A stretch of DNA of 64,000 bases from Azolla caroliniana. Lineage: Eukaryota; Plantae; Polypodiophyta. Under the pieces are notes generated by a model. The model saw nothing but the letters and a program-made list of their open reading frames with translations. It made no database searches and was not told where the DNA came from. Position 1 is the first letter of the stretch, and every line of letters begins with the position of its first letter. The DNA lies in contig JBHGNT010000007.1 of assembly GCA_043228905.1 (NCBI GenBank), forward strand, positions 15,872,001 through 15,936,000. The letters run 5' to 3'. The position numbers and the translations under genes are program-made. Positions 37,031 to 50,536 of the stretch are shown piece after piece.

Positions 37031-38359
37031 TGTGAAGGATCTATATATCGATGGAGTTAACTCCTCGATGTCGTTTGCGGAGTTCGGACCGGTGTATACC
37101 CTTTTGATGGCGAATCGGGCGAAGATGGTTGTCGGACACCTTCGACCCTCACACTCACTTAACGATTAATAGATGATTAAGCACGATATCTCTCTCACTC
37201 TCTCAAGCTCACTGTCATAACAATAGGGTAATGAATATGGACAATAAGAGTAATGAATATGTTATTAACCCTCTTTGCTAAGAGGTCTAGCACCAACAAG
37301 GAAGAGAGATTAGTGTTCTCTAACTAAACACATCACTAATCTCTCTTAAGCTTAAAGGTTACAAGGAGGAGGAGAGGAAGCTCTAGCTCTTAATCAATAG
37401 GGAGATCTTTACAAATGGAAGAGCCCTTACAAAGCCACCACCATGTGGTTTATATAGTGTTTACATTTAGGGTATGGACCTTTCACACTTGGATGTCTCT
37501 TAGACCTCTTTCCTCTTGCCATTCCCTCTTCGTAGGTCCTTTAGCCATACTACGTATTTGTTGATGCATATTTCTTCATTACCGGTCGTGGTGCGATCCA
37601 AGCACTTAACATCCCGCCCAACCAATGAGTGCACACTCCCGGGTGCACTGTGGGAGGGGAGCATCGGGCGTCAGGGGCGGGAAGGATAGAGGAGGGGGGT
37701 TCGTCGGGGGGTGGTCGATGGCGAGTTTGTGGGCCCACTGGACCGGTTGAGGATTGTGTGCCCACTTGAGGAACTCACTGGTGGTACGGTTGATGGCGTC
37801 GGTGTCACCGATCTGGGCGATGGTGCTACAATGATTGTGGAGGTGAGGGGGAATTTCGGTGAAATGCCAACCTTCGTGTCTAGAATACTTGGAGTAGGCG
37901 ACGGGGATGATGTTGGGGACAACGCCAGGGGCCTTCGTGGTGTGGAAGGGAATGTCATTCACCGACAAATGTAGCGTAGTGCAAACGTCCGCGACCTTGA
38001 ATTGGAACTCGACAGGGGTAACATCTGCGAAGCCATGTGTGCAAACGTAGCCGATGTCGGGGTAGTGCGCGTAGAGGGGCTTGGTGAATGGGGTGGACGC
38101 ATCGATTATAACCTGCTAGGACAAAGATTAGTATAGTCGTATGAGAGTGTACCAATTCTTACACTCCCTGGCCCTTGTCGACACACCAATACAACTGATG
38201 ATTAGTGTATTTATCGATTGATATGAATGACTTATTTTGATTAGTTATAATTATTATAATTGAAAGTAGTATGAGGTATTTGGAGGTATAGCGATATTTA
38301 TATTTATATTTTGAAGGGATGGACGGGTTAGTGTCTAGGTTGTGTTTGGGCGGCGGGGT

Positions 38360-38720
38360 TCTTTCGGCGGACTAGGGGTGAGTGGTTCGAAGAGGGCTTT
38401 TCTTCGAACCGGGGGTGGGGGGTTCAACGTTCTTCGAACTGGGAGTGAGTGGTTCGAAGAGTACCTCTCGTCGAACCGGGAGGAAGGGGTTCGAAGAGTG
38501 TCTCTCTTCGAACCAGGGGGAAGGGGTTCGAAGAGTACCGCTCTTCGAACCGGTGGGAAGGGATTCAAAGAGTACCTCTCTTCGAACCAGGGAGGGGTTC
38601 AAAGAGCGTCTCTCTTCGAACCGGTGGGAAGGGGTTCGAAGAGCGTCTCTCTTCGAACCAGTGGGAAGGGGTTCGAAGGGTGTCTCTCTTCGGACTGGTG
38701 GTAGGGAGTTCGAAGAGCGA
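38360..38720. repeat. Tandem array of ~37-bp hairpin units CTCTTCGAACC-N~10-GGTTCGAAGAG
   Basis: About 9 units, each an 11-bp inverted repeat with a G-rich loop. Confidence 0.9.
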
Positions 38721-39989
38721 CACAAAGGGAGGGCCATGAGGAAGTGTTAGGGCACGCGTGGAGGAGCCAGATGCAACTGTCGGCACCAAGGGGTTGGCAG
38801 AAACGACACGGTAGTCATCGTGGCCACCGTAGGAGGTGGGTAGTTTTGTGGCATTAGCGGGGGCCGTGTGAGAGCGCAAGAAGAGAGAGCAAAAAACAGA
38901 TTTTTAGACCCACTCGAGGGTAGAGTGTAACACGAGAGGGGCTGGAGCGCGATCATAGAGGGAGGAGTAAAAGTGGTGAGGGAGAAGAGAGAGTCGTGAG
39001 GTGGAAAGAGGAGTGGGAAAGGAGGGAAAAAGAGACAGGATCTAAAAATACCATGAAAAATAATATGTAAAAGAGCGAGAGGAACATAAATAGATAGACC
39101 ACGAGTAGAAATAATCGGTGGAGGGGCCCCTAAAAATAAAGGGTAACTCTAATATTTTAAATACTAATAAATATACCAGAAAAGAAAAAATTGAGGGCGG
39201 GGGTGGTACGAGTAATGAATAAATAAATTATTGTCTAATGGGGATGGTAACAGATGTCGGGGGAGAAGACGGGCCGAGTAGTTGATGAGCGAAGTGACAT
39301 AATGTATGGTGACGGGGTAGCACGGTGTGGGGTGGGTCCATGTTTATGTGCGGGGGGGTAGTGTTGGACGGGAATCCACCGAGGATTTCATGAGAGTTTG
39401 GAAAATTTAGGGGATTTTGGGTGGGGTTGAGGTGGCGGGTGTGGGGTGTGGGGGCTGCATTGTTCAAGTATTGTTCAAGGGTCTTTGTATGCCTTTAAGG
39501 CCCAGACCCATGACATCCTTTCAAGGGGGATAAGGGGGGTTTGTGAGGTAGTTCTATGGGGAATTCAACATCCTAGTTGCTGAGTCTGGTCGAGGTCTAT
39601 GGCCTTAACCTGGGCGGGGTATTTGGCCGATGTGTGTAGTTGTCGAGAGTCCCGTGCAGTCGTAGTATGGTCGCAGGTGGGAAGCCAGCTTCGTTTCAGG
39701 ACCCAAAAGCTAATGGCACCTTTGTGCCAACCTTGGGCGTTTGTGAGTGCTTTTCTAACTCGCCAAATAGCACGTTCTCCGCGGCGTGGTCCTTCGGCGA
39801 ATGTCGCGTGGACATTCACCCATTTGCGTGGCGCAAATGTCCTTGTTCCGATGTTAGCGTATCTCTAGCCTTGGGTGTCCAGTGGTTGCGCACATTCTTT
39901 TTGGTTGGGTGGTTTAGCGCTCTAGAGTTCGTCGAGATCGGTGGGGTGTGATTCGAGAGTTGTTGCAACAAGTTTCTCGGACCTCACAC

Positions 39990-42986
39990 CATTTGCAGTT
40001 TGGAAAGAGACGATGTTCTTGCTTGGCAACAGGAGACATTCACTTATGTGACACCAATCCAAACCGAGGAGGCACGGGGTGTACAACACTTTCGGTGGGA
40101 GGACCCGAAATCAAAATGAGTGGTCACTGTATTTTGTCTTGATGTTACACACGAAGGTCCCAAGGCAGAGCGATGTGGAACCATCAAAGCCAAGGAATTT
40201 GTCGTTGCATACTTCGAGGTCCGGACACCCTAGATGTCCCCATGTTTCAAAGGAAAAAAGGGTTAGTGATGCTCCGATGTCGATTTCTGCCATTAAAGGT
40301 ACGTCATCAGCGAAGCATGGTAGGTGCGTCGTCACGTCATTACAGTCGATCGCCTTAACCATAGTTGTAGGGTTGGTGTCCCCTTGTCTTTTCAGTTTCT
40401 CTTGCGCATTGCGAAGGTTGGTTTCTAGTCGGGCCATTCGGCCTTCGGATGCCTTAAGTTTGGCTTCCACTTCTCATTGTCGAGCCGTGAGTAGGGCTTC
40501 GAGGGTGAGGGGTCCATAGCAACGTTTGAGCTTGCTCCCATTGCTGAATCCTAGGATGTCGAGTCCTTTGAGCGTGCATATTCAACATGTTCCTATCTTG
40601 GCAATCTCTGAGACCACATAGGGTCCTTCGCCTCGTAATTTGAGCTTCTTTTTGTGTCGTTGAGCCATGTCCCTTTCAGCTAGGTCTTTGTCTTTTACGT
40701 CTACTCATTTCCGCTAGGGTACGAGAGTGGTGACCTTAAAACACGAGATCGTGTCTCCGTCCTCATCGCGACACTTTGTACCAATGGGGTACATTGCATC
40801 AGTCATGGCGAGAGAGTGCACCCAATTCATCTCTGACACATCAGAGGCTACGGATTGGTCTTCTCTCGCATTCTCTGCCCTAGGATTAGTGGATGTTTGG
40901 GTAAATGGTTGACCCTTAGCCAAGAATTGAACTATCTTTGTGGGGTGACATGCTAGGAGGTTGGTCTTGAACTCGATGGTTTCTGACTAGTCATCCACAA
41001 GAGGCTGCCTTCTTGTTCGTGCACTTTTTGTGTGTATGCTTTGATGCGAAAGGTTTTGTTGTTTTTACGCATGTAGATTGTATAGTTCCCGAAATCCATC
41101 ACAAGGTGGCTTACACATAGGAATGGTCTCCCTAGTAAACACTCGTAAGCCACATGATTGGACGATCTTGTGACAATGAAGGTGAGATTGAACTCGACCC
41201 CATGGATAGTGAAGTGGTGTACAGGGATCATGCCTTCTGGCCGTTGGATGGACCCATCTGCCATTCGGATTTTGACGTCCGAAGGAAGAATTTCTAGGCT
41301 CCCCCACTTACATCAACATTCGTAGCGGACTATACTTACCCCTGCTCTGGTGTCAATGATCGCATCACACCGTGCCGTTGGCGCAGACGGGGAGAGTGAA
41401 ACTAGTATTGTCGCTCTCGAAGTGAGCTTCGCATATATCTATCGGTGTTCCTTCGGGTTGTTTGGGGACTGTGGTCATATGAGGAATGTGGGTGTGTATC
41501 TTTTTTCCATAACCTGCTGATAGGCCTCCATTGAGGCAGCGAAGGACTTCTTGCCATGGTTGGATGTCGAGTTTGAGCAGCTCTTCGAGTGTGAAATCTA
41601 TTTCCTTGGCGAGTATAGGTCGTAGTTGGGGGTTGTCGGTCACGAGGGTGTCGATGTAGCTCTATACTTCACGTAATGTGAGTCATAATTTTAAATTTAA
41701 CATTTGTTGGAGCAGGGTTGTGTTGACCTCTTTGATTGGGGTAGATTGGGAGATGGCAGTGTCGGTGTCGGTTGGTGTTACGACGAGGAGGGGTGTATCC
41801 ATGTTTTGGGGTGGAGGATTTAACCATTCTTCGAGTTGGTCGAAGTTTAGGCCCAAGAGACTAAGCGGTCTTTCGAACTATTCGTGTCGTATGAGTTTGA
41901 TGTACTCTTCGACCTTTTGTTTTTCAGCCACTAGGTTTGGGTATGCCGCTAGGTGTGCCGGCAACTCTTGGTTAGGGTTGACGAGTATTGTTTCTACGTC
42001 TCCCTCCGGTACTTGATCTTGCTTCGAGTCCTGCGTGGATGCATTTTTTTTGGATTTTCGTCTCTTACGCTTAGTCGTGGGGAGGCCTTGGGCATGATAC
42101 TTTAAGTTATGAGCTACTCTTTGAGCTCGTGTGATGATGGCGCCAACCGTTGATGGTATGATAGATAATAGATTTGCGCCAATCCATTTCTTTTTTTGGG
42201 GGCAATCAAGTACTAAGTGTTCTTTACCACACCCTGGGCATGATAGTTCTCTTTGGAACCACTCGATAAGGTCTTGTGACTATTGGGTGAAACTTTGTAC
42301 CGGTGATTGTGGGGGTGTTTCGAGTGGGGGATGTCATGGTCGTTGTGCCATCCGGTTGTAGTACTCATGTTTGGATGGGCACTCTCTAACCATATGTGGG
42401 CCTTGGCAATTGAAACATTTCAGTTCGGACCTTCTTAGACCATTATTGTTGCGATATCCCATCGACGGGCCTCTCTTTTCTCCTCTCAAGACGTACACTA
42501 GTATTTGGTCGCCTTCAAAGTCCACGAAATGGGAAAGCACCTCTTCTTCAACGCCGTACTCCCGGTATGAGTCTTTATATTCGGGGGTGCTCCCCCCAAC
42601 CTGAGTTTGGTTATCGGTGGCGTATTCTAGTTCAGCGAGGCGAGCTCCGATGCGTGGTACTGGGGGTTGTTGGGGAAGTATTGCCGGTAGTTGTGGGCGG
42701 CTAAGCGGTGGAGGTGATCGTGAGTGCTCGACCATTGGTGCTTGGTTATACCTTCCGTTTGGGGCTTGCCAACAGTTCTCTTGAGAAGGCATCACGAAGG
42801 CTTTGCAACACTTACAGTATTGAGGTCGTTGTTGGTGGAGGAGGGGGCATTCATGCCCCATGTGATGGCCATGGCACACCGTACACCTTACATTTTCTCT
42901 TTGGGCATATGCTTGGGGTCTTTCTATATAGCGTGTTCTCAACGGCGTGGGTGGAGTGGGATCTGATGGCTTCTCACGGTTGTTCG
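39990..42986 (-). pseudogene. A1 gag (zinc knuckles), protease, integrase C-terminal remnant and a second protease-like domain; no RT seen
   Basis: Reads CFNCQGPHMVRECP; AIIDTRAG..MADGS..CLLGRPF; LKLRGEGPY..NGSKLK; and EIDIGASLTL..GFDG..CLLGLDW. Confidence 0.75.
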
Positions 42987-43425
42987 TGTTGTCTGCCTGG
43001 CTGGACTAGCCTCAACACAGGTGTCTATCCGACACTTCTCCAAAGGGGTGGTAAGGATTGGATGCTAGGTTACACGCGTAAGATGATTACAATTAAGCAC
43101 AGACGGTAAAACAATACGAAGATACAGATAAACACGCAATAATTACTTTTGTATTACTTCCGTCCCCCGTTACAAATCATCGGATCCTTTTATAGGCATC
43201 CGGCAAGGTTACAATCGGTGCGCTTAGGCAACCGGCATCCGAATCGGTTCGGATCCGGATCGGTACAACTGTACCGGATCCGTCCCTCCGAATAATAATT
43301 CTACTATTATTTACTTCCTATTATCCGATCTGACTCCGCCTTCCCACTTGTCCTTGCTCTTCTGACCGGTCAACACATGGCACGCCCGTGGGAAAGTGCC
43401 TTGCACTTCGAATCCACTCCCGGCC

Positions 43426-46400
43426 TCATTCTTCCTCCAAAATATCGAGCACACTCTGCTCGATGGGGTCAAGTGGTGCTTCTTCCTCCAATTCCTGTTC
43501 CTTGCCTGCCTGGTCTCCGACCTCCGGTTGGGTTGGCTGTTCCGTAAAAATTTGCTGCTCTAGCTCTGCTTGATTATGTGGTGCCGGTGCTTCCTCACCG
43601 CTCTGTCCGGGTTCTTCCTGTTCTCCCTCCGTTCCAGGCTCTGTTCTGTTACCAGTGTCGCTTTCTCCGGTCTCGACTGGTCGGCTCGGTACGCTTTCTT
43701 CCTCTGCTCTGGTGTCTTCCGGTCTCAGCTCTTCTTCTTCTCCGGCATCGGTCTGCTCCTGCTCTTCTTGATTTCCTTCGAACGGAAGTTCTTCTTCGGG
43801 TATTCCTTGTCGGGGTTGTTCGGTGTCGGTTGGTTCAACTTCAGACAGTCGCTCTCCCTCACTTATAGTGATTGGCGTCGTTCTTCCCTTGGCTTCCTGT
43901 CTTACCCGGTCCTGCTCGTATTTCTCCAACTCCAACTAAGTTGCGAGTTGCCCGTCATCCAACCTCTCTACCAACCCTCAGATTTCTTTGAGATGTTCTT
44001 CCGCTAAAGCGTAGAAATCCTCTGACAATTCTTCCCGAATGGAGACGATACTTTCTTCATCCATCTTGTAGAACTTGTCACCGGTCTTCCTCCGATTCTC
44101 GGCATCAGCTCGGAGTGTCTGCAGCTCGGCTACCTGTTGTGACCACTCCTTCCATAGCTTTTCCGTACTTTCGTTGATGCTTGCCTGAGCTTGGGTACTC
44201 CAACCTGACATGCTGAGCTTGATCTAGTCAACCCCCGCCTTAGCATGCGCATAAGCTTCTTGCTTTTCCTTCCTTGGCCGTTTTATAATGTCGGCCATTA
44301 TCTGAGCCTGGGCCTCGTAATCCGCTTTCTTCTTTTCATAGGTACTTTGCAGTTTGTTGATCGTGAAGGTCGATCTTTCCTTTTCTTCATTCCTGATCTT
44401 GGTCAGATCCAGCTTTTCCCGCCTTAGCGCCTCTAATTCCTTCCTTCTCTCCGTCGCTTGGGTTATTTCCGCCGACAATGCTTCCTTTTTGGCACTGACC
44501 TCATCCATTGTCTTAGCCAGGTCTAATCGGGTCTCTTTGAGCTGTTCTTTCAGCTTCTCTATTTGCCGGTCGTAGTCTGCTGCCCGTTTCTTGTTGTCCG
44601 ACTCGGCCTGCTTGTGATCTCGGTAGAGACGGTCGAAGTCCTCCGTCTTCTGCTTCAGGCGTTGGTTTTCCTGAGCTCTTAACCGGTCATCCCGGTCCTT
44701 CTGTTGTCGGAGTTCTTCCTGCAGTCGTTCTATCTCCTGCTCGGCATGTCGACGCAGTCGGTCCTTCTCCTTTTGCAGCTTCTCTTTTTCTTCTTGCAAT
44801 CGGTCATTAGTGGCTCGGCCTTTCCGGAGGCCTTCTTCCATTTTCCGTCTGTCGTCCTCCACCGCTTTCCGCTGCTCCCTTTCTTTTTCCCTTAATGCCT
44901 CCTGAGCTTTTAACTCCTCTCGTAAGGTTTCTATTATTTTTTCGGTCTCAGGGCCGGTTTGCAAGGCTACCGGTTCTGGTTCTGGTTCTGGTTGCTTCCT
45001 TGTTGCCCCGACCGGCTCGGTGACAACTTGTGCTTGTTGAATTCCTTCCCTTGCCTGCAACAGCTCCCCTTGCAATTCCTCAATCTGTGTTCGGAGCGCG
45101 ACCAACTCCTGGGTTGTTGTATGCGTCAGATGTTGCCTACACATTTCTTCTTCCTCTAACTGGTCCGCTACTCCTGATAACTGCTCCGAAAGCCATCTCA
45201 GCCATTGTGGCTTTGTGCTTCTTGTGTCGGGGTAGCCTTGTTCACTTCTACTCCTTAACTCAGGCTGTTTTTCCGGCCTTTTCTGGGATGACCGGTTCTC
45301 TGAAGTCCGGCAAAACCGGTGTCAGTGCTGCTTCCCTCAGTACAGGTTCTGGTACTGCTTCCGCCTTGGCTACTGGAAGTGGTCCTTGCGCCCTCTGCTG
45401 AGTTTTGTCAACTGGTGGAGCCGATCCTTTCGCCCGACTCTCCCGACCTTGTCTTGCTGGGAGTCTTACCAGTGGTTCGGATGAGTCTTCTGTTTCAGCT
45501 TCCTCCTCTGGTGCGGCTACCAGACGGACCTTTTGTATAAAGACCTCTGGTTCCGGATCCGGCCGTCACAGCGTTATATTGATTGGTTTGAGCGCTACCG
45601 CTTCTTCCTCGGCCGATTTCCCTTTGCCTTTTCCTGCCGGTTTTGCCTTTGTTGCCGGTTCCTGTTGCTGTCGGGATGGTCCTTCCCCCTGCTGTTCTGC
45701 TTCTTCCTGGTTCCATCCGGGGGTGTGTTTCTCCAGGATATGTCGGCGCTTTGTGACCTTTTTCGGCGTCGTCTCCTGCCGACCTCTTTTCTTTTGTTTG
45801 ATGGGGAGCACCGGTGGGACTAACACCGTTAGCCATTGTGCTATCCCGGCCCATGGCTTTTTTCCTTCCACAAGGTTCTTGATGGCCTCCTTCAATCCTT
45901 CGGTTATGAAATGGAGCCAGTCCACTTGTAATCCTTTGTACGCTGCAATTAAGAACGTTGCCCGGTACCTGGCTATGGCCGGGGGACGAGGATTCACGAA
46001 TCCGTATTCCATCATGGCGCGGGCCACTTCTCCGAACAACCGGTTCTCTCCGCCCTGTGTTCGGTACGCCTTGCTGCTGATAGAATACTCACTGAAATAT
46101 TCGAACAGGATTTCACTTGAAGGGTTTTCGATTGTTTGAAGTCCTCCTGCTTTTATCCCCGTGAGCGCCTGCACCGCTCCTTCCGTGATTTCTGATAAAT
46201 CAATCGATGCTGCCGCCTGCTCTGGTTCTGCGTGTGGTGGAGCATCGGCGATCCGCAGCAATCCTTTTAACCCGTTCTCCCTCATCCATTGGCGTGCCTC
46301 CTCCGACAGTGCCATTGGTTCGAATTCTTCTTCTGATGTTTGTTGTTCGGGATCGGGCTGTGTGTGCGCTGTGCGTCGGATCGATCTTCTGTGCTTCTGC

Positions 46401-46504
46401 GCCTGTGTAGGAAAATTCGTAAAAAGTAAGTCCTTCGCAGGCCTATGTCTTATATAGTGGCTCTTGCCTCGAGCCGCACTTTTTCGTTTCCCGCGCATGT
46501 TCAT
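43426..46504 (-). pseudogene. N1 extra ORF downstream of pol (globular N-terminus, long coiled coil, acidic tail)
   Basis: ORFs 45566-46504, 44224-45144, 43978-44211 and 43426-43935; the last three share one frame. The middle part is E/K/R-rich and heptad-like. Confidence 0.75.
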
Positions 46505-46516
46505 CTCCCGCCATAA

Positions 46517-49500
46517 TTAGTATGTCCTTTCTTGCTTCCCGCATGTGAGTGCCCACGTTCCATGCTTTAAATAGCAAGTACGAGCACGTCCTTCTTTACT
46601 GCATGGCGCCTCTTCGTTGCATGGTGGCGCTCCCACCTCTTGTGATCTCCCATCACTACTATGATTCGCGATGAATTTGGCCCACGTCTTTTTTTTTTTT
46701 TTTTTTTTCTTTCTTTCTTTGTTTGGACCACGCCATTTTCTGGTCCCCCCCGACTTGTTCAGGTCGGTTCGCGCTGATACCGGATCCTTCTGTCGGTTTT
46801 CCGGGATAGTCTTGGTCAGTATCGGTGTCGGTTCTTCCTCGGTCCGGATATCTGCAGCAGCGTCTGTCGGTGTCGCTTCTCCCTCGGTCCGGATATCTTC
46901 AGCAGCGTCTGTCGGTGTCGGTTCCTCATCTTGCCGGATTTTCGGGTTTTGCTTGAACGGGTTGGCTGGCATATTTCCCTTATATGGCTTTAGCCGAAAC
47001 CCATTTGCCCACTTACCGATGACATCTCCAGACAACGTGCCGAGCTGATACGACCCATTGTACTCCTTGCTGATCCAGAACGGTCCGGTCCACCGAAACC
47101 GCAACTTTCCCGGCATGTTCCCCATCCGTGTCTGGAATAGTAGCACCAGTTTCCCGACTTCGAACTCCTTTTCGTTGCCACGCCGGTGTCGGTCCACGAA
47201 AGCTTTTCTCCTCCTTTGCTCCAGTTCGAGTTGTAGTAAGCTGGCTATTCGGTTTTCTTCTAATTCCAACAACGTCGCCAGCCGGATTCATTCGGACTCC
47301 TTCTCACTTAAGCGCTCCTTTACCTGGATCCATAAGCTGGGGATCTGGAACTCTACCGGCATGACCGCTTCTAAACCGAATGCTAGTCGGAACGGGGTTG
47401 TCCGGATGCTGGTTTTGTACGTTGTTCGGTACGCCCATAGCGCGCTTGGCAATTTCGTATCCCAGTCGGTCCGGTTCTCGTTGACGATTTTTCGTAGGAT
47501 GTTCTGCAGAGTTTTGTTCGTTGATTCCGCTAGTCCATTGGCTTGAGGGTAGTAGGGAGTACTCCTTTTATGTACCACCGCGTAAAATGACGTCAGGCTT
47601 TCTACTACCTGCCCGAGAAAATGTCCTCCTTGGTCACTTATAAGCTCGATCGGGCATCCATACCGGCACCATATGCACTCGTACAGGAACTTTGCCGTGG
47701 ACGCGGCCATGTTGTCCCGTAAGGCCTTTGCTTCTACCCATTTGGTGCAATAGTCGGTCGCCACTATGACATACCGATTTCCGGTTCGCATTGCCGGTGG
47801 CTTGAAGGGACCGACAAAGTCCAAACCCCACTTTTGAAACGGTTCCAATGGCAAGACCGGGTGGTGTGGCATCCGGGCCTGCTCCGTGGGTCGGCCCAGT
47901 CGTTGACACAAATCGCATTCTCTGCTATACTTCACGACATCTTTTAGGGTGGTGGGCCACCACAGTCCGCTCTGCCATATTTTCCGAGCGGTTGCGTCGC
48001 CGGCATAATGCCCGCCGGCAATTCCACAGTGCGCTTCCCTGAGGATTAAATCCTTCTCATCGCTCCGCACTGCTCGTCTCCAGATGCCATCTGCCCCCTT
48101 GTGATAGAGGGTGTCTCCAACCAAGCAGAAATGTCTGCTTCTTACTGCTACCCTTTTCCTTTCATCGCGGTCCATGTTCTCCGGGGGTACTCCGGTGCTC
48201 AGGAACTGATGCATCTCAGTTAGCCACGTGTCTTCATCGGCTACCGTTGCATCCGTTGCCGGTTCCGTCGTGATCTGGAACAACTCGGCGTCGGGGAACT
48301 CATCCTGGACGCCGTCCCCTGCTTCTCCGGATTCGAGTCTGCTTAGGTAGTCCGCTACCGCATGCTGCACCCCGGGTCGGTGGAAAATGTCGAATTCAAA
48401 TTCCTGTAACAGCAGTGTCCATCGTGCAATTTTTCCCATCAGGGATGCCTTCGAGACCAGGTAGAGTAGTGCCGAATGGTCGACATGGAAGGAAAACTTC
48501 CTTCCGAGCAGATAGTGCCTGTCCTTTGTGACACTATACACCATTCCCAATGCCTCGCGTTCCATCGTGGAGTAGTTCCGTTCGGCTTTTGAGAGTTTCC
48601 GGCTTGCGTAGTACACCGGTCGGTACCATTTCGGCTCCGTGAGTTGCATCAGAACGCTGCCGATTGCTACATCCGACACGTCGACAAAGACGTGAAAGCT
48701 TTTACTCCAATCCGGCGGTTGCACCACCGGAGCTTGCGACAACATAACCTTCAACGCTTGGTAGGCTTCCTCCTCCGTCTCCGCCCATAGGAAGGGTACC
48801 CTGTGTATGGCGGTATGTAATGGTGTAGCGAAGTCTGCGAGGTGCCGTATCATCCGGCTATGCCACCTTATTTGGCCCAGGAACCGGCTTAAAGCCTTTG
48901 CGTTATTTGGTGCTGGTGCCTCGAGAATCGCCTTGACTTTATCCGGATCTACCGCGATTCCTTCCTTACTCACCACGTGCCCTAGTAAGTTGCCGCTTGC
49001 CACTCCAAAGACGCACTTGGCCGGGTTCAGACTCAACCGGTACTCGCGGCACTTCTCCAAGCACAGCCGGAGGTGATCGAGATGCTCTCCGTGTCGGCTG
49101 TAGACCGTGAAATCGTCAAGGAAGACCTACATAAAACCGGGGATATATTCCCCGAAAATTTCCATTCTTATCCTTTGAAAGGTCGTTGGAGCCGTCTTTA
49201 GTCCGAACATCATCACGACCGCGACAAACACTCCCCATTCCGTAACGAACACTGTCTTCTCCTGGTTGGCCGGGTTCATTTGTATTTGGTTGTAGCCGCT
49301 AAATCCATCCAGGAAGCTGTAAACTTCGTGGCCAGCTACCGCATCTAAAACCCCGTCCGTAAATGGTAGTGGAAACACATCGGTCACTGTTGCGGCATTT
49401 AGTTTGCGATAGTCCACGCATACCCGGATTTTGCCGTTCTTTTTCGGGACCACCACTATCGGACTCAGCCAGGTTGCCTGCTTGACCGGTCGGATAAATC

Positions 49501-50536
49501 CGACCCGGAGGAGCTTATCAATTTCCTCCTTCACCTTCGCCGCATAATTCGGATTCATCCGGTACCTGTATTGATCGATCGGTTTCGCGTCCGTACTTAG
49601 GTGAATTTGGTGCTGATAGAGCTGGGGGTCCAGCCCTCGCATGTCTTCGTACGACCACGCGAACACATCCTTGAAGTCTGTTAATAATGCTACCATTGCC
49701 TTCTTTTCTTCCTTCGGCAATTCCTTTGCGACATTTACCGGTCGGGGCTTGTCTGTTGTGCCGAGGTCCACCTCCTCTAGTTGGGATGCTTTTACCCTCT
49801 GGGATATCGTCATTTCCCTCTCTAGGGATTCCTGCGCTTGTCGCAGTTCCCGGATCGCTGCTTTGTCCGGTTCGTCCGGCGTCGTAATGTACGGTTCTAC
49901 TGCCGCCGTGATATCCACCTCAAATAGTGGGACGATTCGTGGGTGTTCCTCGAGGTACCGCTCGACTTCCTCGTCCGGTAATCCCTCCAACATGTTGATG
50001 CTTTCCGCATACAATGGAGTTGCTTCCTTACTGGCGATCACCCGTGGTTGCGTCGTTACTCGTACCTTTGTTTTCCCTCGCCGGAATGTGATCATGTTCT
50101 TTTGCCAGTTCTGCTTGATATGCGCCATTCGCAGCCATGGTCGTCCTAGCAGTAGGGGGTACGCGCCTTGTACATTCAGCTGCAGCACCACGGCCGATAT
50201 CCGGAATACGTGGCCTCCGATCGTTACTTCCAAATCCTGGCTAAGCCCGGTCGGTCGGACTGAGCTGGTATCCGCCATGCGTAACCAGAAGGGGCATGGT
50301 TCCCATTCCCGGATGCCCAGGTTATCGCATGTCTGTCGGCTGATGACATTTACCCCGGAGCCTCCGTCAATAATCGTTCCAGCAATTTCCTTTCCTTTCA
50401 CGATTGTCGTGATCGCCGGGCTACTTGTATCGACCACCGCTGGTCCTTCCTCCGGGTTGGAGAAGAATGCCGGTGCTGGCGTCGGCTTCGGTTTGCTCAC
50501 GGATGCCTGTAAGTCTGCTGTAAACCGTGGCACCAA
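46517..50536 (-). pseudogene. N1 pol (PR-RT-RH-INT) with few in-frame stops
   Basis: Motifs: IIDGGSG, RVCVDYRKLN, LDGFSGYNQI, FLDDF after a stop, RNase H VDVSDVAIG..EREAL, integrase zinc-binding H..H..C..C, WGLDFVGP and WTGPF. Confidence 0.93.

Noticed and set aside
38360-38720. CRISPR-like palindromic repeat array
   Set aside because: There are no unique ~30-nt spacers and no cas genes, and it lies inside a eukaryotic LTR element.
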